A DNA stretch of 64,000 nt from Tubulanus polymorphus. Lineage: Eukaryota; Animalia; Nemertea. A program made the position numbers and the translations under genes. This document shows positions 63,314-64,000 of this stretch, piece after piece; positions within the stretch are counted from its first letter, which is position 1, and the number at the start of each line of letters is the position of its first letter. The stretch spans positions 28,562,299-28,626,298 of the forward strand of contig NC_134025.1 in the NCBI RefSeq assembly GCF_964204645.1, read 5' to 3'. The notes under the pieces were generated by a model. The model was given only the letters and a program-made list of their open reading frames with translations, ran no database searches and had not been told where the DNA came from.

Positions 63314-64000
63314 GAAAGTTGGAGCTACGAGCAATCATCTCAACCGTTGTAGAAACTTTATAAACGATGACTACACTCATTCATTCATTCCTTCATTTAC
63401 GCACAAATAAAGCTCAAATTTCTCATTAACGCTTAACGATTAATGTTTAATGTTAACGTGTAGCAGTCGTGTTCAACTAGTAAAGTATCTGAAACACTGT
63501 TTAACAACCTGTCAAAGTGTGAAATCTAAGATGTTGATTAACTTTGTTTGTGAACTAGCGCGGGCTGAAGTTGATAGCGACTAATGCTATAATGGAGACA
63601 ATTTGATGGCCCTTCAGCTCTCCAGAGAATGTAGCATTTGCAATATGTTCGACGGTTTAACTCACGAGGACGGCATCGACGTATACTTGAAGAAAAGGAG
63701 CACTCGAAGGATTTTCACATCTAATCACGTATAGGACTTCGCTATATTCAGCTTAGTAACGATATCCAGGCAAATACCTGAGTAATCGTAATCAACATTT
63801 ACAAATGTATCGACTGTATAAGAGGACGATCATTAACTTTAAAAGGACTGACAAAAAATACTCGGTTCAATAGTCATTATATTTCAGCTTCTTGCGTACA
63901 TATGTATTCCATTACATCGTCAACATTCAACTCAATCGAAACGAACACAATCTCGAAAATGGGTTAGAACGATATGGAATATTTATGAAAAAAAAACCGG

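Noticed and set aside
36700-64000. Numerous 60-130-aa ORFs in the CUB-gene introns and upstream region (e.g. 42081, 42763, 43213, 55209, 58922, 60756)
   Set aside because: No recognisable domains, no consistent splice-phase chains, and many non-ATG starts; expected by chance in AT-rich DNA.

Overview
AT-rich, intron-containing eukaryotic (invertebrate animal) genomic DNA; the species cannot be determined from the sequence. The ORF track mostly shows exon fragments and spurious ORFs, so gene models were rebuilt by hand from GT-AG boundaries and reading-frame phase. 1-12.7 kb is repeat-dominated: a 153-bp satellite with higher-order structure, a ~159-bp repeat, a locus of duplicated exon/intron-like cassettes, a 28-bp minisatellite, MITEs and a 181-bp array. 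Four protein-coding genes follow: TTLL12 (+, 13 coding exons), an ASK-family MAP3K (MAP3K5/15-like, -, about 35 exons), homogentisate 1,2-dioxygenase HGD (+), and a large 4xCUB, SOL-1-like gene (-) with a signal peptide and a GPI-like C-terminus. 54-64 kb appears non-coding. The most interesting leads are all untested predictions: (1) a hidden signal-peptide first exon in the 12.6-kb intron of the CUB gene that would give a CUB3-CUB4-only isoform; (2) two clean, in-frame upstream exons encoding an unrecognised 100-aa peptide in front of HGD; (3) a perfect 14-nt antisense match to a splice acceptor of the ASK kinase, located in a phase-compatible alternative exon that would remove the 14-3-3 motif; (4) a locus with repeated, well-preserved introns but no intact ORF. 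I saw no prokaryotic, CRISPR or autonomous transposase features.
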